Shown here: positions 20,984 through 32,967 of the stretch, one piece after another
How the letters are laid out: each line of letters starts with the position of its first letter
How positions within the stretch are numbered: the first letter of the stretch is position 1
Origin: Trichosphaerium sp. ATCC 40318
Taxonomy: Eukaryota > Protista > Tubulinea
NCBI GenBank assembly: GCA_038496445.1
Contig: JALMLS010000522.1
Coordinates: 1-40,614, forward strand
Direction of reading: 5' to 3'
Length of the DNA stretch: 40,614 nucleotides
Translations under genes and position numbers: made by a program
The notes under the pieces: generated by a model
What the model was told of the DNA's origin: nothing
The model's database searches: none
The model's input: the letters and a program-made list of their open reading frames with translations, nothing else

Positions 20984-22646
20984 CTACAACAATGCTAAAT
21001 GAAGCTGTAGGGATACTTCTTTGTTCTTTAACGAGGTAGCTTTACCCAAAGCATCTCGTCCAACAGTTAAAATTTGCTCCCAATCATTAACAACAGCAGA
21101 AGCATGCGTTAAAGTATCGCCTAATGCTTTAGAATCGGTTATAAGCTTCTGTTGATCATCTATTATCCTTGTAGACTTTTGAAGTAGAACACTCGCTTCT
21201 TCTAGCTTTGTTCTAACTTGTGGTTGATCTAGCTTAACATTATCACGAACTCTCATCATTTGAGCGACTTGGTTCACTTTCACGCTCATTTTTTTGTATT
21301 TTTCGAGACAAGCCGTTAATTCCTTTTCAAACGAAAACAAGTTCGTGGCTTGCACAGAAACAATAGAATCACCAAAAGCCTAAACGGAAACTCAGAGCGA
21401 ACAAAAAAAGACAAAAGAGGATAAAAGAAGTGATTGATTTTACAGATCTGTAAATTCCTGCGGTTGTTGGTACGGAAAACTCACCTTTTGTTTGCTGTTT
21501 TCCAGTTCAGCAGATTGTTTTTTGAGCTGTGTACGAAGTTGTGAAACATTCTTTGATACAGCATAAATTTCACCCTAGGAAATCGTGTCAGCGTGCACAT
21601 TAGTTCGTAAGAGTCGTACGAGGGTATTTGCTGTATTCGCTTTTTTGGCGAGTGCCGCATTTTTGTTCATGAGTTGCCATTGAAGGAGCTGGGTTTGTAG
21701 AAGCTCTATACGCTTCATTTTGGTATCCTTAGACTTTTCCATTCCCATTCGGACTCGCTATAAAAAAATTAAACAAACATTTTAAAAACAAGTTGTTCCG
21801 GGCTTCTACACGAACAGAAAAAATTGAAAAAAATGCCACGCTATGCACATAATACTAATGTACTCATAGAAAACTTTTGAGCTTCAAACGATTTGATACA
21901 AACGCGCGAAAAATCGGTAAATAAAAATAGCATTTTAAATCCGAACGTACTGTCGTTAACTTTGAACGTTGCGGTTTGTTTTGTGCTGGTTTGGTAGTAG
22001 TATTGACTCTACGCTTTCTTACAACAGGAGTTTTTGTAAGAAAAGCTCTGGCCTGATTTCTTGCATTTTCACTTGCAAACGCGCTATTTCGTACTGGTTT
22101 GCGCTTCTTCATCGAAGAACGAAGCGTACCAGCTACTACCGGCTTTGGCTTTCGTTTGTGGGCCCAGTCACCTGTATGGTGGCCGTGAGTCGTCGTTCAA
22201 AGCTTTGATTTTAACGTACGTGTTATCATCGTTGCGCGTCTTCCGTTTGGTGCTGGTTGGCGTTTTTGCAGAGCGGCAGGAAGCATTGTAGCTCTTCGTG
22301 TTTGTAGTGGCGGAAGTTGAGTAAGCGGCTTCCTGGTTTTCTTTGTGGTTGATGACGGTTGCATGTAACGTGAAGCAACATGTTTAACTACAATTCAGTG
22401 TGAGCAATTTTACCGTTATTCTTTCTTTACCTCTTCTACGCTTTGCGGTAGATGGCGCTGCAGTGCGTTTTGGTACAGTTTTTCGGTTATACGGCGTTTC
22501 AAGCAGAATATCATCAGTGGGTAGCCGGCGTTGCTTTTTTGCTAACAAATATAAGGTTTAAAGACATAGTTTGTTAGCGATTTACTTGTAGAGCTAAATA
22601 ATCGCTTTTGAACAGATCCAAATGGCGTTTGCGACGACATAGACAT
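20984..22646 (-). CDS. HAUS8: Augmin subunit 8 / QWRF-family microtubule-binding protein, multi-exon
   Basis: Basic low-complexity N-terminus with VASRYMQ (22379-22359, cf. the V/I-x-SRY-L/M motif), KRIELLQTQLLQWQLMN (cf. QWRF-family LLxxxLLQWxxxN), coiled-coil C-terminus. Exon boundaries only partly traced. Confidence 0.7.
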
Positions 22647-23227
22647 GATACGATCAACGCGGGAAACAGCGAGTGGTGTTTTCAAACTAAGTCTGAAATG
22701 TGGTTGGTTCTTCCCTGACGCTAGGTTTTAGTAGCCGATAATACTTTACTGACTCGCTAGTATTGATAGGAAGTATGTAGGGCTAGAACGATTACTAAAA
22801 CAATTTTGCAGAAAAACGTTGTTCCGTTGATGGAATAGTGATTGATAACATTAAATCGCTCTGACCATTAATACACTTTTGTGCTGAACTATTATACGTG
22901 GTGTTTTAGACGCTCCAAATGTAGTGTTGTCCGATTTCACATCTTTCCTCTTTTGGAGTTTGAACAAGCGGAAACAGTTTTTGCTGTACCCCACGAGCAT
23001 CTTGACGCGTGGGTCAATCGTTTGAGAAGTTAGATTGTGCAAAAATCAGTTTTCATCTTGATTGAAAGTTTGTAATTTTGTCTTCGTCTCATTCGAGTCT
23101 ACACACCACAAAACGCCGTCCTAGGAGAAGTTGGGTTTTGCCTAATAAGTACCATTTTCACCCAAATTCGCTTCAAATCATTCATTATATCCAAACAACT
23201 CAACAACAACACCTCCTCTTCAATAAC

Positions 23228-24695
23228 ATGGCCGAACAAAAGAATAGCAGCTCTTCCGTCGATAAACAAGTCATCAATCTTGCAACTGGCGTTCGTGATG
23301 CTCTTATCATCACTCCAAAACGAGAAGTTCCAGCTATTGTACCCCAACTGACGAGAGATGAAGTAACGAACAGATTAAAAGGCCAAATACCAAGCGAAAA
23401 AATGCAACAAAAAGTCTATTGGCTTTTCTCACAGTACGTTTCAGCTCTCACCAGACTCGAAGAAATCGTAGAAGAGAAAGTAGCAGAGACCAAAGCAGTA
23501 CTAGAAGAACCTGAATTGGCTCAACTATTTCCAGAAGCTCTGAAAAAGTTGAAGCTACACCTCGTATCTGCAAAGTTCAATGTTGTTCGCCTTCAGTATC
23601 AAGAACGACTTCGCATAGCCATTAACACCGAAATCAAACGTCAAAGTGTGCTTCCTATTCACGTCAGAAGAATTCCTCTTCGTGCTACTCGTATTCTAAC
23701 TAACTGGCTATTCGTACATGCAGCAGTAAGTTACTATTTTTATTTTTACATTTCTCAATCAATCATGATTTTTCGTCAAACGATATGAACGAACTCTTTT
23801 TTCTGATTTTTCTAACGTTTTACCCTAGAACCCTTACCCAACTGAAGCAGAGAGACAAAAGCTTGGGTTCGTATGTGATTTGACTTGGCAAAGAGTAAAG
23901 ACGTGGTTCAACAACAACAGAAATCGTCGCCGTGCTGACTTACAAGCATGGCTTGTTGCTCGCGGTGTCGTTCCTACTCCAATCGCCCAAAGACGTCACC
24001 GGCCAAGCACACCAGTTCGCGTAGCTAATCCTCCACGTCCAGCTCGTCCTGCACGTATTCGTCCTGTTCCAACTGTAACAGCACCTGTACCATCGGCTGC
24101 TACTGCTATTTCTCCTTCTGCTTCTCTCGATGTTCCTCGCACCAAACCTGCCAGACCTAAGCGTACACCTAAACAAAAGAAAACCAAGAAAGTGAAGAAA
24201 CTGGTTGAAATTAAGAAAGAGAAAAAGTATGTCATTGAAGAAAAGCCTCTAGCGCAAATCAACAAACCTCCTGAACCGCAAGCTTTTTCGGGATTACATC
24301 TCCCAGCGATTAACAACACCATCAATATCGTATATCCAATGACAAGTACGTTTTTCGCTTCAGAGTCTTTAGATAAAGAACTAACATCTACTTTTTTAGC
24401 TACTCTTCCACCGGACACCCTCACGGCACCAGTGCTCGAGTTCCATGATGCTTACATTAAAGAAGAAACTAACATTCTCACCGACGGAATGCCACCAAGT
24501 GATGTAGATGAAGAAATGGTCACGTTCCAAGAACCGCAGGAAATGTTGATGGAGCCTTTCGGATTGTTTTCCATCTCGAGAGGAACCAACATCGATACAG
24601 ATGGTATCAACGAAGCTAATGCAGAGGAGCGTGTGGACAGTTTTGTGAATGGCATGGTAGACAACTTTGTATTTCGTCCAAGTGACCGCAATTAA
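23228..24695 (+). CDS. TALE homeodomain protein HB2 (A-type, PBC-like N-terminal domain); introns 23726-23828 and probably 24346-24399
   Basis: RRIPLRATRILTNWLFVHAA|NPYPTEAERQKLGFVCDLTWQRVKTWFNNNRNRRR, then a basic Pro-rich linker and acidic C-terminus. Confidence 0.92.
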
Positions 24696-25275
24696 TCGAA
24701 AGTTGACGTCCTTCTGATGACGTAGTTTACCTTATGTAACTTCAATACAATAAATCTTATTCTTAAACGTTGTTGTTTGTACCTAACCATCTTATGCGCT
24801 ATAAAACTTTTTATTGGTATCACACATAATTAAAGCGCAATTGTGTATGTTAATCAAGGGAGCCAAGATACTCTATGAGAAGTTTGAGGTAAATGTAATT
24901 TCAAATACTCGCTAGAAAAAAAAACACGATGGTGGTTTTGCATCTTTATAGGAAGTACGGAAATAGCTGTCGTTATAAACAGTATATATATATATCGTCA
25001 CACCAGTTTTATCTTACAGAAGCTTAGATTGAAACAATCAGGAGAGCGAGAGGTTCTAATCTATCACAAAACAGTTGTGAAAAAAAGCATGTGATTGATT
25101 TTTTTTTGTATTTTGCTAGAAGTACTCCAAAAACGTTTAGCGTGTAGAGTACCAACTCTTGGAGTTAACTGAATTAGGAAGAATTTGAGTGGTATATTTT
25201 TACTAGTCAAATTCTATTTATTACAACTCGTCCATCATCAACAACTCAGCAACCAATCAACAACGAACAAAAGAT

Positions 25276-28200
25276 ATGGCTGAAAACAAGATTAATAAGC
25301 AAGTATTCGATCTCTCAAAGCAGTTTTGTAAAGCTGTAACTATCACCCCTCAACGACCAATTCCAGCGCTAATTCCGCAACTATCCAAACAAGAAGTATT
25401 CGCAACGTTTGCTGAGCAACTAACCAGTACAATCCTCGTTCAAAAAGCGACTTGGCTTTTCAATCAGTACCTCAACGCTCTTACAAAACTCGAAGTTATT
25501 GTACAGGATAAGGTTGCAGACGTATCATATGAGCTAGCGAAGCCAGTGATAGCAGATTTGATCCCAGTTGAATTGAAAAAAATGAAACTCCACATTGTTT
25601 CAATCAAGTTTAACTGTGTTCGTCTCTCATACCAAGAAAGACTCTTGGCGGCTATTACAACCGCGATTGAACACCAACGTGGGTTACCTACTGGAGTTAG
25701 GAGAATCCCAGCGAACGCTCATAGAATTCTTACGAATTGGCTCTTTGTACATGCTGCAGTACGTATTTTGTACAATAAACCTACCTGTACTGACTTTTCT
25801 CATAGAATCCTTACCCAACCGAAGCAGAAAGACAAAAACTCGCATTTGTATGTGACTTGACATGGGCGAAAGTAAAAACGTGGTTCAACAACAACAGGAA
25901 TCGCCGTCGTGAGGACCTTCAAGCATGGCTTATTGCTCGTGGTGTTACTGCTCCAATCGCTCAAAGACGTCGCGGGCCAAACCCACCAGTTCGCGCAGCT
26001 AATCCACCACGTCCAGTTCGTGCGCCAAGTGCTAGCAACCGCAGAAGAAGAAATCCTGCCACCAATCGTGTTTGTGCTCCTGAACCTGTACCTGTTCGTA
26101 CAACTGCTCAAACCGTAATTCCGTCCATTACTGTTCCCGCACGCACCAAACCTGTGACCGCGAAGCGAACACCTAAACAACGGAAGATAAAAAAGGAGAA
26201 AAAAGTGCAAATGATCAAAAAAGAAAAAAAGACGCTTCATAGAACTAGAAGACGTACTCCACCTGCTAGAACTAGAGGCAATCCACCGAGTGTTACAAAC
26301 AATACCAAGCATAAGGTCATAGAGTCTCCTGTTCCAGTTATCAGTAACGCTGTCAACGCCTTCCCTTTGACAAGTACGTCTGTTTCTAAAGATATTTTGT
26401 CTAATTTATTTTGTAGCTTCCTTTCCTGATATTCTCATGGCACCAGTACTCCCGTTCGATGATTCATTCACCTATGAAGGAACCAATGTACTTACCACTG
26501 GAATGATTCAAACTGACATGGATGAACACATGGGTTACACGACTTCAACTATGTTCCAAAGTCCTCCAGCAGCGATGTTTAAACCTATCGGAGAATTGTC
26601 TGTACCAAGAAACGGTACACATAAGGCCCTTAGCACTGGCTGTGATGAACCTAAGGTTGAAAAGCGTATAGAAACCGGAGAGACAGAAAAATCCCCGGAA
26701 AATAGCGAAAATTCCCAAGGTCGGGATTTTTCGTTGTTTGAGTATTGGTTCTCCCCTAGTTTCAATGCAGTTGGTTATACCAGTAGCCAAGTTGCCAGCG
26801 CTAGTACATGAGTTCAGCAGTGAGCACACAGCGTTCAATGGTCTCTGGTTGTGCAAAAAAAAAGGTAAAAAAGTGCAGGGATTACGATGTGGCGGAGGCA
26901 TCAAAAAATGCAAAGGAGTGCTAGGAGGAAGCAAGTTTTCAAATCCACGGTTTGCCGGTTTAGATGCAATACAGCATTTTAAAATACCTGCCGATAGAAA
27001 TGGTTCACGAGGTAAACTCTGTTCAGAAGTTTTAGAGTGCAAAAGCTGTGATAATTGTACTTGCGAACTAACTTGGGTGATTTACCTCACGGATTTAACT
27101 ACAGCGCACGTCACCTTGAATGGGAATCACAATACTTCCTTTAAAGCCAAACAAAATATATCAAAAGAATATTACGTATACTTAGTGCGCACTCTCGAAA
27201 GTATACTCTCACTAAATAAACGCTAGGTACGTAAACAATTTAATTTAGAGGATGAATTTGGAACAACGAGGAGATATGGACGTGCATCACCAGGGCAGTT
27301 TTTAAACAACACTAGAGTACAAATCATACGGCAACTACAACAAAACAAATTAATTCAAAACCCAACCCTTAAACAGTGGATCCTACCAACACGTCAAGTT
27401 AGTGATTGGCAGCGAGAGAATCGTGCAATAAAACCGTAAGTATCTTTATTGTTTTATTAACATTTACCCTTTAACTAGGACAACAAGCATTATCGATGAA
27501 ATACGAACTACTCTAAATGACCCAACTATCAAACCATACATTTTGTATCCAAGAATTGCAGCGCACATGCCAACCAATGAAAAAAGCAACTTTGTAGCAG
27601 TGTTCACCACTCCAAAATCATTGAAGCTTTTACAACAACATGGCAGTGACATCATTGGACTTGATAGCGTGTATAAATTTAACGCTTATTCATTTCCTAT
27701 CTGGGGAATCGTATGTGAAGAGCCAAAAACCAAGCGAGGTTTACTTTGTGCATTGGCTATTGCATCAAGCAGCAAAGCTGAAAACATAGAGTGCTTTTTA
27801 TCAGCAATAAAAGCAAAATTGAACAGTACGTAAATAAAGGAACTTTATTGCTAACACGTTCATTGTTATAGCTAAAAATCGCGTTTGGAACCCGTACGTT
27901 ATGATTGACAAAGATAATGCAGAACAAGCAGCCCTTGTTAGTGTCGGGTTACGTTATTTGTTATGTACCTTTCATTATCGCCGCACAATAGGCCAATATG
28001 TGCGAACTACGTTCAAAAGCGACTCTGACTCAAAACTATAGTGCGTGTACCTTTCTATGTACTCCAATAACACTGGTGTAGTCAAGAAATAACAGACCAG
28101 CTCCGTCTACTTGAGCGTGCTAGATCAGACGAAAACTTGACCACGCTTGAACAAAGTTTTAAAGAATGGTGCAAAGCAAGGACAACTGTTTGGAAAGAAA

Positions 28201-30715
28201 AGAAAGATGTAATTTCAGGTACCAAAGGGAAAAAAGAAACTTTAGAACCAGCGAATGAATTATACTTGTATTTCAAGCGAAATTGGTACGATTGCTCGTT
28301 TTCACAACACAACTGACTTTTTAGGTTTTCAGAGAGATGGCGAAGCGCTTGGACAGATTTTGGGCGCCCTAATCGCAAAGGACTGTATAACACTAACAAC
28401 AAGGTTGAAACACAGTGGAAACAAATAATGACAGTTTATGGTGCGTACCTCTTGATTTTTTCTCTCTTTTCGCTGATTTGTTTGAGGTTTTAAACAACAC
28501 CGCTATACCATTGCCCGTTGTATGAAAGTGTTCCCAGCCATTTTAGATAACCATTGGGAAACCTACAATGAAATACAGTTAACAGGTGGCTCGCACATTA
28601 AAAAAACAAAAGCAAAGTATACCGACGAGAAAAGATATTCAAACGCTCAAGAGCTTGCAGCAAATGTACGCCGTTTTAATTCTAAAAGATGCAAAACTTA
28701 TTTTTTTTGTAGGGTCATGTAGTAGCTATTGATTTGTCAGATCACGCACACAGGGTATATGACTGTCTATCACAAGCCACACCAAATAAATGGTACTCGA
28801 TTGAAGTACCAGATGGCATCTGTAACTGTCCTTACTACCAAAGCTATGGTACAGAGTGTAAACACATTATCGCTGTTCAGCTATTTGAGGAAAACTTTAC
28901 AGCTGAAACAATCTTGGAAGAGAATGAACTCTACAACTTAACCAGTAAGCAAAGCTTTTTTGTAATGCTCCTAACTATTGTTACAGACAACATACCTGGT
29001 ATACCTGAGCTTGATAAAGCAACAGCTAGAAGCAATGACGCTGAGAAACGTAAACGAGGTAAAGGTAACAGAAGAGGTAAAAAAGGTAAAGGTCAAACTT
29101 TTGAACCAAACGCACCTCCATTGCCGTCATGCCATGCTGCTCCATCACTGCACACAAATCAATCTCTGCTACCGTCTCCTTCACTCTCACCACCTTCATC
29201 GCCTCTCTCCTCCATGAAATCTGCATCAAACTCTCCTCTGCTATTTACATTTTCTCCAGTGGTTCGGTCGGATACATTACCTCCATCATCTCCTGTTTCA
29301 TTTCCTTCAAGTGCTGCTTCATCACCAATGGCATCACTTACATTACAACCAGCATCTCCCATGGCATTGTCAGCAAGCGCAGCCTCCTCACCACCATTAT
29401 CTCCAATGTCTTTATCATTTCTTTCTAACGATTTTCAACCAATTGAAGGTTTACCAAGTCCAACTCAAACGTTTGCACTTTCTCCAACTCCTAATGTAGT
29501 GGTGCCTAGTGTTCTGCCACCTGCAGTGCTACCTTGTGACTTACCAACTGTTTCAGCTTTTCGCGTAACTTGGCAAGGTTAGTACTTTTTTTTGATTTAA
29601 CAATTTGTTTTTGTTTTACTTACCTGTATTAGAACATGGCTTTCAACGTTCTGAAACTGAATTATACAAAGCCATAGCCAACGGTGATGTCAAACCAACA
29701 CGAACCCGTAAACTTACACGCAAAGCGCAAATGTATTTCAAACAATAAAATGAAATAATTTGTTTTTTTGTCTCAAACAAACTTGACGTGCCAAACATGT
29801 AACAGCATACCATACAATTTAAGTTGGGGGTATCAACAGTAAAAGTGTTACACATGCAATCATGTTTAAACACGGAAAAAGGACCAAACAAAAAAAGGTA
29901 GTTTTTGTGTTAGTGTCAAGTCTTAAATCTAGGAGAGTACAATACACTAAAAATGCGTGCTAATAAGCGGAACTTTGTATTTCAAGAAAAGCGATTTTTG
30001 TGCCAACCCCAAATTCTTAAACAACTGCCAAAGCTCTCGGTATGTAATGTAAATATGAATTGCGTACTCTTTCCTGTTTGGTAAGAGGCACAGTGCCGCA
30101 CCTGTCAAAAAAAAAAATTGGGAAAACAGCAAAAAGGCGGGGAAACAAAGAAGGTCTAGAACATGTTCTTAACATATTTTAGGCCAAGCAAAGACCAAGC
30201 GACAAAACCAAACAAAAAAAAATTTGGAAAAACCAGTTTTTTTTTAAAACTATGGTCAGAGGCGTTTTCTACGCACAGAGATAGCGTAGGCATTTAAAAA
30301 AAAAAAAATTGAGTTTGAAAAATATGACAAATTGTCATTTTTAGCTTGCCTCTTTTTTAACAACATAATTTGTGATATTCCCAATATTCCCCTTTGATGC
30401 TCGTAATTTACATAAAAACGTGTACGTTACTCGTTAAACAAAATTACGGCCAACTACCATTGGGAGTTAAATGTACGCTACCGTTAATAACTATATATTA
30501 CAGCAGCGCTTGATAATACGCTCAAAACAATGGAATAATAGCGCATTTCAGACTTGCGTGGACTAATTACAGTACAGTTAACTGCCGACAAAACTACAAG
30601 CAATTAACGAAAAATCCCAGGGTGTGGATTTTTCGTTATTTTCCAGGGATTTTTCTGTCCCTCCATAGAAACCTGTGTGAAAGACGTTGTTGATCTGTTC
30701 GTGTTCCGTACCTGA
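25276..30715 (+). CDS. TALE homeodomain protein HB3 (A-type); last exon interrupted by a MULE. Exons 25276-25758, 25806-26373, 26417-26676, orphan tail 30674-30715
   Basis: ILTNWLFVHAA|NPYPTEAERQKLAFVCDLTWAKVKTWFNNNRNRRR. Excising the element gives EKRIETCVKDVVDLFVFRT*, matching HB2's EERVDSFVNGMVDNFVFRP. With the insertion present the frame ends at 26811. Confidence 0.9.
26677..30664 (+). mobile_element. Mutator/MULE DNA transposon, 3988 bp
   Basis: Imperfect 59-bp TIRs (26677-26735 and 30606-30664; 49/59 identical by hand count), perfect 9-bp TSD ATAGAAACC (26668-26676 and 30665-30673), internal transposase. Confidence 0.96.
26765..29748 (+). CDS. MULE transposase with SWIM zinc finger, about 9 introns
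   Basis: DDE triad contexts IIGLDSVYKFN, VMIDKD and NTNNKVE; Mutator CxxH motif LCTFH; SWIM CNCPYYQSYGTECKHIIAV; N-terminal Cys/His cluster; Ser/Pro-rich tail. Exons join in frame. Confidence 0.9.
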
Positions 30716-31328
30716 AGTTAACGAGCGAACTCACCTCTATCTCTGTAACTGATAAATAAAATAGCAGAAAGCTGTTCAACAAGTTGGTTTCTGTTGTACA
30801 TCGCTAGAGTCTTATCAACGCCAAAATGGCTAGCTTATAGAGTAAGCCTACATTAATTCATGGTTCTTATTTATTCCTTCTACAAAAGCACCCGGTATGC
30901 ACTCTTAGCGCATAGATATACGTTTTTTACTTTTTCTAACGAAGCTCGGAACTTCTCCATAATGGGAGAGCTTTTCAGCTTGTTGAGCATACCTTACGCA
31001 TAAGTAGAGCTAAGAATCAGTGCAAATCTCCTTTAAAGCCTGTTTTAAGTGTTTTCAAACCTTTCCGTTTTTGGAGAATACTTCAGCTTTAAACTGGATT
31101 ATAAAACGTAGCGAGAAGAACGGCAATGATAGAACAGATCAAGTATTAAAAAAACAAAAACAGAATCGAGGTAAACAACTATGCGCAGAATCAATACGAT
31201 CTAGTACTACAACAGCATTGCAAGCGAATGATGTATTTTGTACGCATGTGTTCCTAATTTGGTCTGTTTTTAAGTTATAAAACAGAATTGCGCCAACAAC
31301 TAAACAACAACACCTCCTCTTCAATAAT

Positions 31329-32373
31329 ATGGCCGAACAAAAGGATAACAGCTCTTCCGTCGATAAACAAGTCATCAATCTTGCAAAAGGCGTTCGTGAT
31401 GCTCTTGTTATCACTCAAAAACGCGATGCTCCAGCTATTGTACCTCAGCTTAACAAGGATGACTTTATGTTATCACTTTCTAATCAACTAAAGAGCGAAA
31501 TACTAGTAGAAAAAGTAACTTGGCTTTTCTCACAGTACGTTTCAGCTCTCGCCAAACTCGAAGCAATCGTAGAAGAGAAACTTGAAGAGACCAAAGCAGT
31601 TCTGGAAGAACCTGAATTAGCTCAACTATTTCCACAAAGTTTGAAACTTCTAAAGTTAAACCTCGTATCTGCAAAGTTCAATGTTGTTCGCATTCAGTAT
31701 CAAGAACGACTTCTCGCAGCAGCTACCAAAGTAATTAAACGTCAACAAAATCTTCCTATTGATAACAGTAGAAAGCTTCCGAAGCGTGCTATTCGTATTC
31801 TAACAAACTGGCTATTCGTACACGCAGCAGTAAGTGGAGGTTTTTTATTAATTTATTAGTCATTTTTTTAACATTTTGCAGAATCCTTACCCAACCGAAG
31901 CAGAGAGACAAAAACTCGCATTTGTATGTGACTTGACATGGGGTAAAGTATTAAGGTGGTTCAACAACAACAGGAATCGTCGTCGTGCTGACTTACAAGC
32001 ATGGCTTGAAGCTCGTAAACAAGAAGAGTCTTCTACTGATATTGAACCGAAACCTACGGATGATCCTATGGAGACTGAAGCCATTCCTGCAATAGTACAG
32101 AAAGAGGTAGTACAAGCGATTGTTAAAGGAGAACATCTTCATGCTATCGTTAAAGAAGAAGCCCTTCATGCCATCGTTAAAGAAGAATACGATATAAACG
32201 ATATGTTTCCAGAACTAGATATGTACTATGATCCTTTCGGACAGGTTACAATGTCAAATGATTCTAACATTAATACTGATGGCATAAACCAAACGAACGC
32301 TGTAGAACGCATTGACGATTTCATGGACAAAATAACATACGCATTTGTCTTAGAAAACAGTAAATTCGAATAG
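31329..32373 (+). CDS. TALE homeodomain protein HB4 (A-type); intron 31830-31881
   Basis: RKLPKRAIRILTNWLFVHAA|NPYPTEAERQKLAFVCDLTWGKVLRWFNNNRNRRR. N-terminus nearly identical to HB2; shorter acidic tail. Confidence 0.92.
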
Positions 32374-32967
32374 ATTTGTCAGTACAATAAAAAAAAATTC
32401 AATCACTAGTTTTTTATTTAGTTTACGCGAGAATTAAACCATTACGCGCAGTAATAGCGTAGTAGCTCTTTTTTATCAAAATATAAATTGTAGTTTAAAC
32501 GGCAAATTTGAAAAACAATTCAGGCTTTCTGTGCACTCCGTGAGATAGCAGGCTTTGCTGATAGTCTCACTCACAACAGCAACCAAGCGTACAATGCAAC
32601 ATTTTGGTAGTCTTGACAAACTGAGCGCTAGGTTGAATTGAAAAGCGAAGAATTGTTGTATTAGAACATCATCAGCGCGTTTGTATTAAGTAATGATTGA
32701 TACCATTTGAACGAGTGGAAGAAAACAAGCTTGTCTGGAATATAACTTTTCTGAACTTCCTCGTTTTGGAAAAGATACACAAAGTATGAAAATAGACAAC
32801 TCGCTGTATAAGGTTAAGGTGCTAAAAACAATAGCAAACAATAGATTAGTCCCGTTGAACTCAAATAGATTTTCTTTAGTTCTTGCGTAGGTCCTAATTT
32901 GGGTGATTAAGTTTCAAATTTATCTTGTTTTTAACAGAATTTCCACTCGCTATCAAGATTGAATACT

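Noticed and set aside
21005-21020. Second U12-type donor (GTATCCCT, minus strand) near the end of HAUS8
   Set aside because: It deviates from GTATCCTT, has no TCCTTAAC branch site downstream, and the frame ends naturally as KEVSLQLHLALL*.
30440-30470. 5S rRNA-like start (TACGGCCA..TACC)
   Set aside because: Similarity stops after about 12 nt, with no internal control region; it lies inside the MULE.
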